A stretch of DNA of 63,506 bases, filler included, from Catajapyx aquilonaris (taxonomy: Eukaryota): the NCBI GenBank assembly GCA_000934665.2. It is 3 parts of 3 records of this genome, joined end to end, with 100 filler letters (N's around TTAATTAATTAA, not from the genome) between each part and the next. Parts side by side here need not be neighbours in the genome. Positions count along the whole stretch, not along the records: positions 21,329 to 42,400 come from KZ539487.1; positions 42,501 to 63,506 come from JYFJ02006153.1; 1 more part is not named here. The stretch is one strand, 5' to 3'. Shown here one piece after another: positions 34,168 through 46,700 of this stretch (its first letter is position 1; every line of letters starts with the position of its first letter). Under the pieces are notes generated by a model, which saw nothing but the letters and a program-made list of their open reading frames with translations, did no database searches and was not told where the DNA came from. Made by a program: the position numbers and the translations under genes.

Positions 34168-35181
34168 GAAGGGGTCGGTGAGAGATAATCGTATGCCACA
34201 CGAAGTTGTTTTTGAGAAAAACACATTTAAAACTTTGATCAAATCTATAAATCAGAGTCCTTTAAATGTATGACTTTCTTGAGCGCCAATTACATGTTGA
34301 TGTCGTTTTTTACTCGTATGATGTTTCAAAAGTTGCTAACTTTATGATTTCGTATTGTAATGATTTCTTTTTTGGAGCTATGTTTCACTAAATGTGGCTT
34401 ACGACTATATCAACCTGTATTTTAAAGTAAAAGTAAAGGAGCATTGGTTTTCAGCATTATTATTTTTTAATTAAAAATATATCATCTTAGGCTATATGGG
34501 GAAAGTCTTTCTATTATGATTAAAGCAACAAAATATGCAACAAAGCATTTCCGTATCACTGCTGAAATAATAATATTAATTTTCCTCATTTTATAATCGT
34601 CCGTCTTCGCTTTCCTCCTCCCTTTCGACATTCTTTTCTTCCCCAGTGGATGGTATCGAGGATAACGATAAAAAGAAATCCTGACTTGTACTTATGGAAT
34701 CATCTTCCGGAAACGATCAGGTGGGCCCATAGTTTCGTTTCAAAAAAATTGTGGCTTATTATTTGAAACAGATATAATCATAAGCCACAATTTTTTTGAA
34801 ACGAAACTATGGACCCACCTGGTCGTTTCCGGAAGATGATTCACTTCTGGATGGCTTCCATGACTCGTCAGAGTCAGTTGAACTCATGTCAGATTCTTGC
34901 TCACTTGATTCCGTCGCCACAAATAAACGGTTTTCTCGCAGATGAAGAAGACCCTCCTTCTCCAATGGCGGCCATCTTGGTGTGGCTTACGATTGTGACA
35001 CCACTGAATATTTGTCACTTTTCAAAATCTGAGAAAATCGTAGAGATCTCATAGCCGTCTGTTCACGATATTCGAAACTGTACTGTGTCCATAGGTAAAC
35101 CGGTGCTGCCACAGTAGGAATATGCCTGTATCTCGAAAAATATGAAATTGTGGCATACGATTATCTCTCACCGACCCCTTC
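34168..35181. mobile_element. TIR element with 4-bp TSD
   Basis: GAAGGGGTCGGTGAGAGATAATCGTATGCCACA perfect TIR, AGTT TSD; internal hairpin at about 34697-34842. Confidence 0.88.
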
Positions 35182-35273
35182 AGTTGTATCAATCGCACTC
35201 CCACCGGGGTGGGTCATTGTGACCCAGCCAGTACTCCTGTTGCTGTTTTGTCATGTCATATGTTAGACGCAAT

Positions 35274-35830
35274 TGGGTCATTCCACGACAGTATTCAGGG
35301 AACGTGGTGGCTCAACCAACTCCGATTTTCTTGAAAATTTTCATACATGGGGAAGACGTTTCAAAATCCGAAGTTTTAACTCCGTAGGGCGGCGATTTTT
35401 GAGTTGCAGAGTACTGAAATTCATTTTTTATCTCCATAAGTAACAGTCTCCACCTAACCAATACAGGGTGGACCAACTTCAAGTGTCGTTTTATAACGGC
35501 GATTAATAGCAGTGATTTTGCGATGACGTAGCAGCGACGTGTAAAATGTCCCACTTCGGCGCCATCGAAAATATTAGCTGCATGTGGTTGCACAGTGTTC
35601 AGCTAATATTTTCGATGGCGCCGAAGTGGGCCATTTTACACGTCGCTGCTACGTCAGTATTCTGCAACTCAAAAATCGCCATTTTTGAATCGGCCATATC
35701 TCGGCTCCATATTGTCATACGGAGTTAAAACTTCGGATTTTGAAATGTCTTCCCCATGTATGAAAATTTTCAAGAAAATCGAGTTGGTCGAGCCACCACG
35801 TTCCCTGAATTGACGTGGACGAATGACTCG
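35274..35830. mobile_element. Foldback MITE with about 120-bp TIRs and an inner hairpin
   Basis: ATTCAGGGAACGTGGTGGCTC...AGTTTTAACTCCGTA is mirrored at about 35717-35810; inner palindrome at about 35525-35655. Confidence 0.8.
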
Positions 35831-36552
35831 CTTCGAAAAAAAAACTCAAGGTCAAAATTTTACGATTGGAAGAGCATACGTGAATAGGGCTTCCAAAATA
35901 AATAAAAATCAATCTTTTTGGGTGGCCTAAATCTAAAAAAAAGTCGGAAATAATGTCAAGGTTTTGGAAAATAAACGCGGTCGTTCTGTACAGTCATGCA
36001 CAGTCTTTCCGAAATATAGTGAAACCAAGGGGGAAGGAGCAGTTTTGCGGGATGTGGTAAGAGAGGGGTGGGGGGNNNNNNNNNNNNNNNNNNNNNNNNN
36101 NNNNNNNNNNNNNNNNNNNNNNNNNNNNGGGGGGGGGGGGGGGGGGGGGGGAAAGGCTGTATATGTCACATATGTACCAATCACAGACCACCATTTCACC
36201 CACGTGACAACATGGAGTCCTCCATCTTGTCACGTTCAGAGTAGTGTGGATAGCATGTGGACTTTCTCCAGCATTACAGAGCTTTTAGGGGCACAAGCGA
36301 TCCAGGTAATCATGAGTCTTGTCTGGTATCTATACATACCTGATTGCACCATCCTTGTCAGATGAAAATTTAATTTGAACATAAAATGTACTGCTTTAAG
36401 CAATATTAGCATGTCTGCTTTCTTTCAGGGGCAATGTCTGCGTGTCTTATGATGTTATGATTTATTATCCATATAGCGTAAAACAATATATGGCTAGCAT
36501 TCAGTGATTCATTTCTGATTAAAGCAACAAAAATCTCAGTTCACTCTTAACT

Positions 36553-39092
36553 GTGTACCACTGCAATGACAGAATTTATTACTGTCCTGTCAATACATGC
36601 ACGGTGAAAAAGAGGACAGTCAGAAAACTTGTTCAGCATGTGGGTTTGCTTCATGGCCAAGAAAGTGGTTTTCATCTGGTGTGTGGCATTAATAACTGCA
36701 GTAGGCAATATTCAAAATTTCTCTCATACAAAAAACATGCATTGATTTTCCACAAGGAGGTGCCATTAGACAATAAGCAGCACATAGAGACACACAGGGG
36801 TTCAGCTTCCTCTTCACATCAGGGAGAGCAGCAGGCTAGCTTAGACAGTACACTGATTAACGGAAGAAGTATCAGGGCTATCGAACAGGATATTGAGGTT
36901 ACAGGCACAGGATTTCAGACTCATGATATGGAAATAGACCAGAAGTCGGTGTTTATTTCTAATCTAAGGGAGCATTTTGCCATGCTATTTTTAAGATTAA
37001 GAGAAAAGCAAGCGGTTCCCAAGTCTTTACAAACAAATTTAGTACCTGATGTGGCAGTCCTGCTTCAAACAATTAATGATGACTACACCAATATGATACG
37101 GCAACAGCTGGCCTGTGATAACGTTGAGATTTCTGAAGAACTTCAGAGTATCCTAGCAGATGATACATTTACTATGGCCTTGGAGCAAGTGAAGACAGAA
37201 TATAGGCTCAACAATTTTTGCAGGCGCCAGTTAAACTTGGTAGAACCCGTTCAGGTGTCACTTATGGGTGTGTATGGAAGCAAACACACATTTCAATACG
37301 TGCCCATCCTAGCCATTGTTCGGGTTCAGTTAAACGACCCGGACGTATTGGCTCAGGCACTGAGATATCAGAAAAAACATGACGAACATCTGACAGATTA
37401 TGGGGACGGGAGTATTTGCGAAAAACACAATCTATTTGCGCAAGACCCTACAGCCATCAAGATACACCTGTACACTGACGAATTCGAGGTTGCAAATCCT
37501 TTAGGAGCTAAGCGGGTGGTGCACAAAATTCTTGCAGTGTACTTTACAATAGGAAACCTTCACCGTAACCACCGCTCTCAGCTGAGGCAGATTCACCTGC
37601 TGCTTTTAGCAAAACACAAGATTTTGAAGTCCCTCACATATGCAGATGTTCTGAAGCCTCTTATTAAAGATGTGACATTGTGTTGGAACAGGGAGTGAAT
37701 TTTGACACTCCGCAGGGCCGAATGATTTTCCGTGGAGCCATTGCAACAGTTTCCACGGATAATTTGTCCGCTCATACTGTGTCAGGATTCAAACAGAGTT
37801 TTAGCAAGGGGCGGGCGTGTGTGCCGCGTGTGTATGGCCACATCAAAATCCATGCATCGCCCTTCTGAGCAAGAGTTCCTTCTCAGAACCCCCGAAGGTC
37901 ATGAAGCCCATGTGAGAGCTGTTGAGCTTCGACCTGCTGATTCCAAAATATATGGGGTCAAAGGCCGATGCCCATTGTCAGAATTGATGTACTTTGATAT
38001 TTTCACATGTTTCCCTCCAGACATTATGCACGATATAATGGAAGGGGTTATTCCTCTCGTAATCAAGTGCGTTTTACGTCATTTCATTGATGTTACAAAG
38101 TACTTGTCAAACGGGACGTAAATCAGGAAATTAAGAAGTTCAATGAAGGGAGAGCAAAGCATGACACACCAGTCTTAGAAATCTCGCCAGGGTCGTTGTT
38201 GGACAAGGGGAAACTGTTAGGATCTGCGAGTGACAAGTTCGCCTTTTTTCTGAGGTTGCCCTTTATCATTGGCCACTTTGTTCCAGAAAATAATAGCACC
38301 TGGAAAATGGTCTCCTTTCTGCGGGACATTTGCGACATCATATTTGCACCGACTGTCACAAAAGAGTGGGTTGCAGTTCTCAATTACCAAATACAGTCAT
38401 TCATCATGGAATTTACTAGACTCTTCCCAAATAAGATAATCCCCAAAATTCATTACATGGTACACTACCCAAGGATGATTTTAGCCTTCGGTCCACTGCG
38501 GCACGTTTGGTGCATGAGATACGAAGGGAAGCGCCGATATTTCAAAAGACTTGCTCACATTACGTGCAATATTAAAAACATATGCCGTACACTTGCAACT
38601 CGACACCAATACAGACAATGCTGGGAAAACAAAACTGGTGCAATAGATCAATCTGGACCGAAGGCTATGTCAGCACAGGTTAAAAGGAAAGTCGAATCTC
38701 TGCCTCTAGAAATGCAGGCAGAATTGAAAGTATGGTATAGCGATGTTGAGCCTGAGGAGTGTATTTTAAAAGTTAATGCTCTAGATGTAAATAATGTCAG
38801 CTACAGAGTAAACAGCTTTTATGTGGTAGCAACTATTCATGGGGAAGATATCCTAGTGTTTGCCAAAGTGTGCAATATCATGTGCTTCAGGGACTTATGG
38901 TTCATTTGCTGCCAAGTATACATCTCTCAGAAGTGGTCAGAGCACTTGCATGCATACAGAATAAAATCAGAATATGACTGGGCAATTTTTAGACCAGGAA
39001 GTGAACTTGACAGACACGAGCTGTTCCCCTGGTCTGATGACGTCGGTGAAAAGTGGATTTCTTTACCATATAGAGTGACATCCAGACCATGA
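36553..39092 (+). pseudogene. CMC (CACTA/EnSpm-like) DDE transposase with N-terminal C2H2 zinc fingers, intronless, three frameshifts
   Basis: Two C2H2 fingers; motifs IHLYTDEFEVANPLG, DNLSAH..GFKQSF..GRVCRVC, FPPDIMHDIMEG, PKIHYMVHYP, FGPL..VWCMRYEGKRRYFK. Spread over four frame segments with shifts at about 37680, 37812 and 38105. Confidence 0.88.
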
Positions 39093-39191
39093 ATATCGAA
39101 AGAAGCAAAAGCAAACAAGAGATACGGTACTTGGACCAAATGAAAGCATGTTATTATTTTCTTAGCTTTTAAGTATTTTGTAAATTTATGG

Positions 39192-39224
<33 letters not shown>

Positions 39225-39225
39225 G

Positions 39226-39311
<86 letters not shown>
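39192..39311. repeat. (ATT)n microsatellite
   Basis: Directly visible. Confidence 0.95.
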
Positions 39312-39312
<1 letters not shown>

Positions 39313-40080
39313 GGAAGTTCAAACCTTTCCTTTCAAAAAAGGAAGCTGATGGTCTCATTCGGTTCAAGTGCCTTATAATCGGGTGTGCGGGCAGAGAAAT
39401 TAAGGTTGAATGATTCTGATATTAGCTTTGCTGATTCATTCTTTCACTGAACATACATTGCACATGCGCTGATATTGTCCTCACCTCCCACCGATCACCA
39501 AATAATGCCACAACAATGCTGCAAGCCGCTCCAATGCCAAATTGCGTTATATACTCACCTCTATGCTCATGTGAAAGTGAATAATTTTTAAAAGGCCTTG
39601 TAGATCATTATGGATAATGAATCATATGTAAACTTGCCGTAAGACAGATCATCAAGAGAACTAGGCCAGATTTCACGTGGTGAGTAAAAGTAGCCACAGA
39701 TTTTGCCTAAAAAGATTGGGTCACACTGAGACTACTAGAATAGTCATTGTCAAATATTTTACTAAGTTTCTAACGTAGTACCTCTTCTACAGTACTTGCA
39801 TATTGATTAAACTTTAAATCAGGCTTCAGCAGCAGCATTTTATGCACCAAGTAACTTAAATAATTTTGCTGTCAAAAGTTACTGGCGAACTGGTCTGAGA
39901 CACATTCAGACACTTAAATTACTAACGTGAGTGTATTCCTGAGTCAGGAGCTGGCGGCAATAAATAAATAAATTCGATATTATGTTAATCTTCCGACATC
40001 ACTGACCATCCCATTTATGGGGAAAAGTCGTGATGGTTTTTGTTTGGTTATTTGTTTCATCTTTTGCATTTGCGGTAGGC

Positions 40081-40573
40081 CAGGGATATTCAACTGGCGG
40101 ACCGCGGTCCGGATCCGGACTGCGACGCAATTTTGTCAGGACCGCGACAATATACAGGACAGTTTGAAATAGCATGATAAATTACTAATTCATGATTTTT
40201 TTGGGGGAAAAAGTGCTACCAATTTCATCAAATACACACCTATTCAAATCTCCCACAGATAACCTAGGCTCGTGTGACCTTGAACCCCCCAAAAAATTTC
40301 GCCTGCGGCGGGCTCGTTCCCCGCCCTTTACGGCTTGTTCACCTTTTGCTTACGAAATGGGCCCCCTCCGAAATTCTTCTGCCTACGCCCCTGTACAGGA
40401 CATCATAAAGGGCAAAAATGTCTTGATAGGCCCTTCTACCCTTGCTGCACATGTTTCTATTTTCGAATATGAACCCTGTGGTACCATATAAAATGGGGGG
40501 GGNNNNNNCGGACCTTCAATGGCCCAGGTAAGGTAAATACTGGACCTTGTCAGAAACTAGTTGAATACCCCTG
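40081..40573. mobile_element. hAT (Charlie-like) MITE
   Basis: CAGGGATATTCAACT / AGTTGAATACCCCTG TIRs, 8-bp TSD CGGTAGGC. Confidence 0.9.
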
Positions 40574-42400
40574 CGGTAGGCCATCGTTCTGATCCACAAT
40601 TACAAATTAATGCTAACAAAATTGGTAATTAGGCCACAGTCACTTTTTTAACAGTTATTGATATTTTTTCAGCTGAGTCTATTGATGGCGAAACGCTTAC
40701 GGGCCTGACTGAGGGCATGATTTCCCGCCTCATCCCGCCAATGAAACACCAAGTTAAGTTTATTAAAGCCAGAGCCAATTTAATGCAGAAAGGGTGGGAA
40801 GACGTACAAGAAGAGGAAAGTGCTTGCGATGATAATGTACGGTAAGTCTACAAGCCCAACTATAGGGAGTTAACAGTCCACAGTTAAAGTAGAAGTTGTT
40901 GATAGTTTATCCCAGGCAACCATGCAGTTTTAAAATGACCAACACTAACAAAAAATGTGTCACTGATTCTTGGCCAAAAAACAAAAAGCAACAATTTAAA
41001 TAAATTGGTCTGTGGGGTAAATATGCCAAAACCTGTTTCCTTTACCTTCTTCTTGAATGGGAACTTGCGCAGTCTATTGTACAGTACCACTATATTCAGC
41101 ATTTTACCTCATTATCACAAAGTAGACGTTCCGATTTAATTTACTCCCCCGTTTTCTTTATCCCCCCTTAAAAAGTGAACATTTCTTTAAAAAGTGAAAT
41201 TGTTTCAATTAATTTTTTTCCAGGGATATGGCGCCAGTTGTAGGCCTACCAAGACAAGGAGAAGAACCGTGGCCGGTGGATTACCTCCATTACCAACAAA
41301 TGTGCAGGACGCACTGAAGGCAAAAGATGCCAATTTTTTTAAGCTGCCACGATCGAGATTGCGGGATGCTCTCATTGCAGCTCTCTATGAAGATCTGTCT
41401 CGCTTCATGTAAGTGTCTAATCACAGTTTTAATACTTGTTCAATAATTCAGGCAAATTTCAGAAGACAATTAATATTGTTACAGGTATCTAGAACGAAGG
41501 CAGTACGATGAGGTTATCAATGTCCTTCTTGCAAGGTACATCTTCCTGAGAGCACACAATGGAGCAGTACGTACTTGCATTTTGTGACTCTTATTACTGT
41601 CCAATCACGACAACTTGAAACCTTGACTTGGCCCAAAAAAACAGTACAGGAAAAATTCCTGCACAACACTGGGAATTTTAATTGCACTGAACCCATCCCC
41701 TGCCTGCAGTAGCACACCTATGATGAAACCATGTGGAACTATTTTCAGCGCAGTGCACGTCCTTTTTTCCCTTTCTTCCCTCTCCCCCCCCCCTCCCCCG
41801 GTCTCCTCCAAATCCTCCTAGGTGGATATGTAACCTATTTATTATCAAGGTTCGAAATAGAGCGGTTAGAGGATATGCCGTATAGGCCTACTTCAAATGC
41901 CATGATTTTTAAAGAGTATTTACTTGCAGGCTATCTTGAAAAAATCCCTCACAGGGAAATTTAAGAAGGAGAGACTCCATCTCTCCGACAATGAGGAGGT
42001 GAGGAAAGCAAAACAGAAGTTTGGGAGGCCAGGAATTTCCGGCCGACCCTCAGGCCAGCGAGAGGAGGTGGGACCTCTACCACCCTGCAAAAGGCGATCA
42101 GTAAGACTTTTTAAAATGCAGTTGTTGCTGCGAAGCTTGTTCGTTTGCTTTTATTTATTTGTAATGTTTGGCATATATTTTCTTTCAGACTGACATCCCG
42201 GAGTAGTATCCCACAGCGGCTTACGGAGCCTCATGGAAAAATTCCGCAGTGTCGCCACCGTCTATGCGAGTTTAACATGGGAAAGCGCCACTGCGGCCAT
42301 TTCTGTAACTAGTAAATATGCGTGGGAAGAGTCTCCAGCCAATCAGGAGGCTCGCCGAGAAGCTACGCTTTGAAAAGCAGCGGCGGCCCGCGCGGCAGTG

Positions 42401-42500
42401 NNNNNNNNNNNNNNNNNNNNNNNNNNNNNNNNNNNNNNNNNNNNTTAATTAATTAANNNNNNNNNNNNNNNNNNNNNNNNNNNNNNNNNNNNNNNNNNNN
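42401..42500. other. Artificial contig-joining spacer
   Basis: 44 N + TTAATTAATTAA + 44 N. Confidence 0.95.
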
Positions 42501-42531
<31 letters not shown>

Positions 42532-42688
42532 TTCCATTGCTATCTCAATGAAAGGTCAGCCAAATGTGGTTGAATGTAGGAACAAGGTTTACAGATATGA
42601 CAGTAGCAAGAATGAAATAATTCCATCTGATTACAGTATTCATTTGTATGAGATTAGACTCATTTGCATATATAATTATTGTAATTAA

Positions 42689-43197
42689 CCCTTTCATTCC
42701 TGAATTTTTTGGGCCGTTTCTTCTCTTTTTGAAAAAAATTTGTAGTAGGAGTGATATAATGAAAAACAATGTTCTTCAATATTTATCATTTTTACTCGTG
42801 GTGGTCCTTTGGAATGTAAAAATGCCGAAAACATTCCCCTACTGGGTGTTCCAGAAAAAAAATTTAAAGCCAATTAACTTTAAATGCAATTAAATTAATT
42901 TAAATTTTTAAAATCACTATAAAATTGTTACGATGGTTGCAAAATAATACTAAAACACTGCACTATGAGAAATTCCTAAGAGTCCAGACTTATGGGACAC
43001 CCTGTAATTACGCGGCCGGGTGGGGGGTTGTTTACCTTTCAAGGGCGCGAGCAAATATAACAATCCGACTTTGTGGGTGCTGAGTCACCATCCACTAGAT
43101 GCCACAAGAAGTTTGACCCACAAAGTTTGCCTTCTGCATGCGAACGCTTTGCCGCCAGATTAATTGTTGCCATATGGCTACAGTGGGAATGAAAGGG
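42689..43197. mobile_element. piggyBac-like MITE
   Basis: TTAA|CCCTTTCATTCC ... GGAATGAAAGGG|TTAA. Confidence 0.8.
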
Positions 43198-43734
43198 TTA
43201 ATCAAGGCAGTAAGAAACATACAAATCCCTCTGGTTGTTCCTGTGAAAATCTGGACTGTTTGTACCATTGCAAGCGAAAATATGGAGGTGACTGGTCACA
43301 GAATGAATTAGCGATCCCTGAAATGACGGGAGGTACTGGCAGCAGGATGCTATTGTGTACAACCCATGTCACACCTGAAAAGCAGTCGTCATATCTTATG
43401 GCTTAAGTTGCCTCTGACCTCTGTTCCAGCTCTTAACAAACCAACCTGCAGCAGGCTCCATCTTTTTTGCTTGCAATGGTATATAAAGTGGAAGGATAGG
43501 TGCAATGAATATTGAGTTTCTGTAACAATAACACAATGTGCTTTTAATAATTATTTGTCTTGTAAAGGCATTTCTGTTGGGAAGCATTAATTATTATTGT
43601 CAATTTTGTTGTTGTAAACAAGTAATACAAGAGTGTAAGTTGCCAATCACTTAACCAGAGCATCTTTGGAATATTGAAGTAAGTCACAAAGTAGAATAAG
43701 AAGGACTAATACCAATACTTGTACATAATTTCAG

Positions 43735-46700
43735 CCAAATCTGTACCCAACTGTGGGTCTTCAGACTCCTGGTGAGGTGGTAGATGCCAACTTTGGGCAG
43801 CAGCCTTTTGTCTATGACATCGAGGACCTGATGAAAGAGCTGAGGGCAAGGATGAGGCTCACTATTGAACGATTCCCTGCACCTGAAAGGCCAGGGGAGT
43901 GGCAGAATGTGCTTTACAAGTGAGTGTAATCATTCTGGATCTATTGAAGCGACATATGTATAACTAATGAAATTTCAGAATGGTTTCCACTTACCTGGTG
44001 CATCATGGTTATTGTGCCACTGCTGAGGCCTTTGCACGCAGCACAGGACAGGTCATAGATGAGGAATTGGCCTCTATGAAGAACAGGCAGAGTAAGGAAA
44101 CTTGTAGTACAGACATTTGCTTTCTGGAGCTTGATTGTTCACTTCATTCATTTACTAGGAATCCAGAAGTTGGTCCTGTCTGGTCGCATGGGGGAAGCCA
44201 TAGAGACAACTCGAAGGCTCTATCCTGGACTTCTTGAGCGTAATGCAAACCTCCTGTTCCTCCTTAAGTGCCGGCAGTTTGTCGAGATGGTCAATGGAAG
44301 TGACTCAGAAGTCGCCAGGTCCAGCTCAATTTCTGGTTCTTCAGGTTGTGCCAGGTATAGTACTGGTCGAGTTCCATATTAACTGAGGAATGTGGCCACA
44401 TATTAAGCATTTATTTGTTTTGTACGAGGGGCGTTCATAAAGTTCGCGCCTTGTGGTTGAAGGAAAAGAAAGAAATGGTTCAAATTGCATGCATGTGTTA
44501 GTCTTTCTCTCTATTTTAATCCTGCAGAGTCACACATTTTTCCCAGCGATGTACGACCTGTCAGGCACCACCATTGTAGAAGTCGACACTCTGTGCTTGA
44601 AGAATGTTTTCAACCTCTGTTGTTGTGGTGGGGGGGCCTTGTGTTTCTCTCTTCACCTCAAAGACCTGTCCGGCTTGGGAGACCCTGCCAGTAGATGGAA
44701 CTGCCACCGGCATAGCTCTTCGGAGTCATGGGAGAAACAAAAGCTCCCCTGACCACGACAACAGAGATTGAAAATATTTTTCAAGCACAGACTGTCGACT
44801 TCTACAATGCCAATGGCTGACAGGTCATACATTGCTGGGAAAAATGTGTGACTCGGCAGCATTAAAATAGAGAGAAGGACTAACACGTGTGCAATTTGAA
44901 AAGTTTCACTCTGTTTCTTCAATCCGAAGGTGCTAACTTTATGAACTCCCCTCGTAATGTTGCAGTTTGAAAGTTTCTTTTATTGGATTGGATAGGCCTT
45001 CTTTGATATAATTAATCAATTTTCGGAAGGGTAATTTTTTACATACCGATACTATTGACATCTCAGAGATACGGGTGTATTTAAAATTTGCATTAGGGGA
45101 TATTCTACAATACCGTGAAGTTTGGGTCACCGATGGCAACGAAGCATGCCTGGGCAAACTCCAGAAATCTTGACACAGGCCTGTGGCTTAATTCCTGGCA
45201 GTCTCTTGCAAGCCTGGCCCCATCAGTCAGGCAGGCATGGGCTGCCTGACACGCCTGCCCTGTGAGGTGTGTCCACAATAATAGTTCCTTGCAAATGGAT
45301 TGTTTCAAATTTTAAACAGTAACTACTGAATAACTTTATGATTGTGAATGACTGATAGGATTTTGGTGAATGAGGCTAAGCCATAAGAGGTCAAGGTCAT
45401 CCCAATTTTCTCTGGATTTTCATGAGGACCGGAATTTTGTCGCCATCTGCAAAAATTTGTGGACCTACCCTTCGTCACCTTTGTAGTTCGAAAATTATGA
45501 TTGCTTTATAATGTGAGAAAAGGGAAAAGGCTACAGAAATTGCATAACGTTTTCAGAAGAAAACTTGTTTCATTGTTAAAATCACTAGCATGCCATAAAT
45601 GTCGCATGTCCAAGATAGATCATTATATACTCTATCAGAAGGCAGACAGGTTTTTAAGTATTTAAGCTGATGCCATTAACCCTTTCCCTGCCATGTCTGT
45701 GTATTACGGACACTTACTTATCATATATGAATGCGGTTTTCAGCATATTCACAAGCAAAACAGGGAGAACGTACCACAAAAATTACATGCTCGAGTGTTT
45801 TGTCTGACATTTTGATATGACGTCCTCCTCAGTTGGCCACATTGGAAGAAGTGTGCAATGATAGAGATTGTATGAAGCCTAGCTCAAGTCTGGGAATTTA
45901 GCAACTAATTAGATGGGTTTCTAAGCAGTATTTCGCATAGAATCGTTGTTTGATCCCGTATACTTCACCGCTACATTTTTTTCCCCGAGCCCTGGGAGTG
46001 TGTAGAAATTGGTATAGCTGTTGTGCCACACATGGCCTAGACTACGGGAGCAGCACAGTAGTTCGGGCGGGAGCAGCAATTCAATGCGGTTTGAATGATG
46101 AATGGGGCTAACACGTTGCGTTGGTGAGATATTGAATTTTTTTTAAATATGATTGTCATGCATGAGTTATTGATAAGTCATGTGGGGCGAATAGTGATGG
46201 CCAGAGAGTTAAACAGGAGAGCAATGCCACAAAGATGATTGGACAATATAGTCGTTAATCTGACCAAAGGACGAATTCCACATTTTTGCTCAACTAGGAT
46301 TATGGCCTCTGCCAGCACCATCTAGTGTTGGGTCACATTCTGCCAAAATGGCGAGCATAGTAATGTAACAAGTGGAGTCAGAGTTAGAACGGAAAATCAA
46401 AATGGTATCCTATGTATTTGCCTACCTAGCGGTTTGCGGGTTTCTTTTGACTCTCCTGTAAAATTATGCAAATATTGAATTCGTCCTTTTGTCAGATCAA
46501 CAATGATATATATGGAATGTTTTAAGATACTTATTTGTTGTGCTAGGGATACAGAGTGGAAGTTCAAGATTGGGAGTGTTGTTTTTCCCTAATTCCATGT
46601 GATTCCAGTTGAACCATTCATGAAACTGCTTCTTAATAACAACAGACATGAATGGCTCACTGACTAGCATTTTAAATGGATTTAGTGTAATACTATAACC

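Larger units (their letters stand above)
34016..42100 (+). pseudogene. Spliced SAM-domain (SAMD3-like) gene, probably the accessory gene of a CMC/EnSpm transposon; frameshifted and truncated by the gap
   Basis: Exon 34016-34106 (MDEQVSKWSEDQVQQWLKREGLEPFCEAFA). Exon 40673-40841 (AESIDGETLTGLTEGMISRLIPPMKHQVKF). Exon 41224-41408 (WPVDY / frameshift / PLPTNVQDAL...LYEDLSRFM). Exon 41485-41566 (YLERRQYDEVINVLLARY). Exon 41930-42100 (KSLTGKFKKER). Confidence 0.8.
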
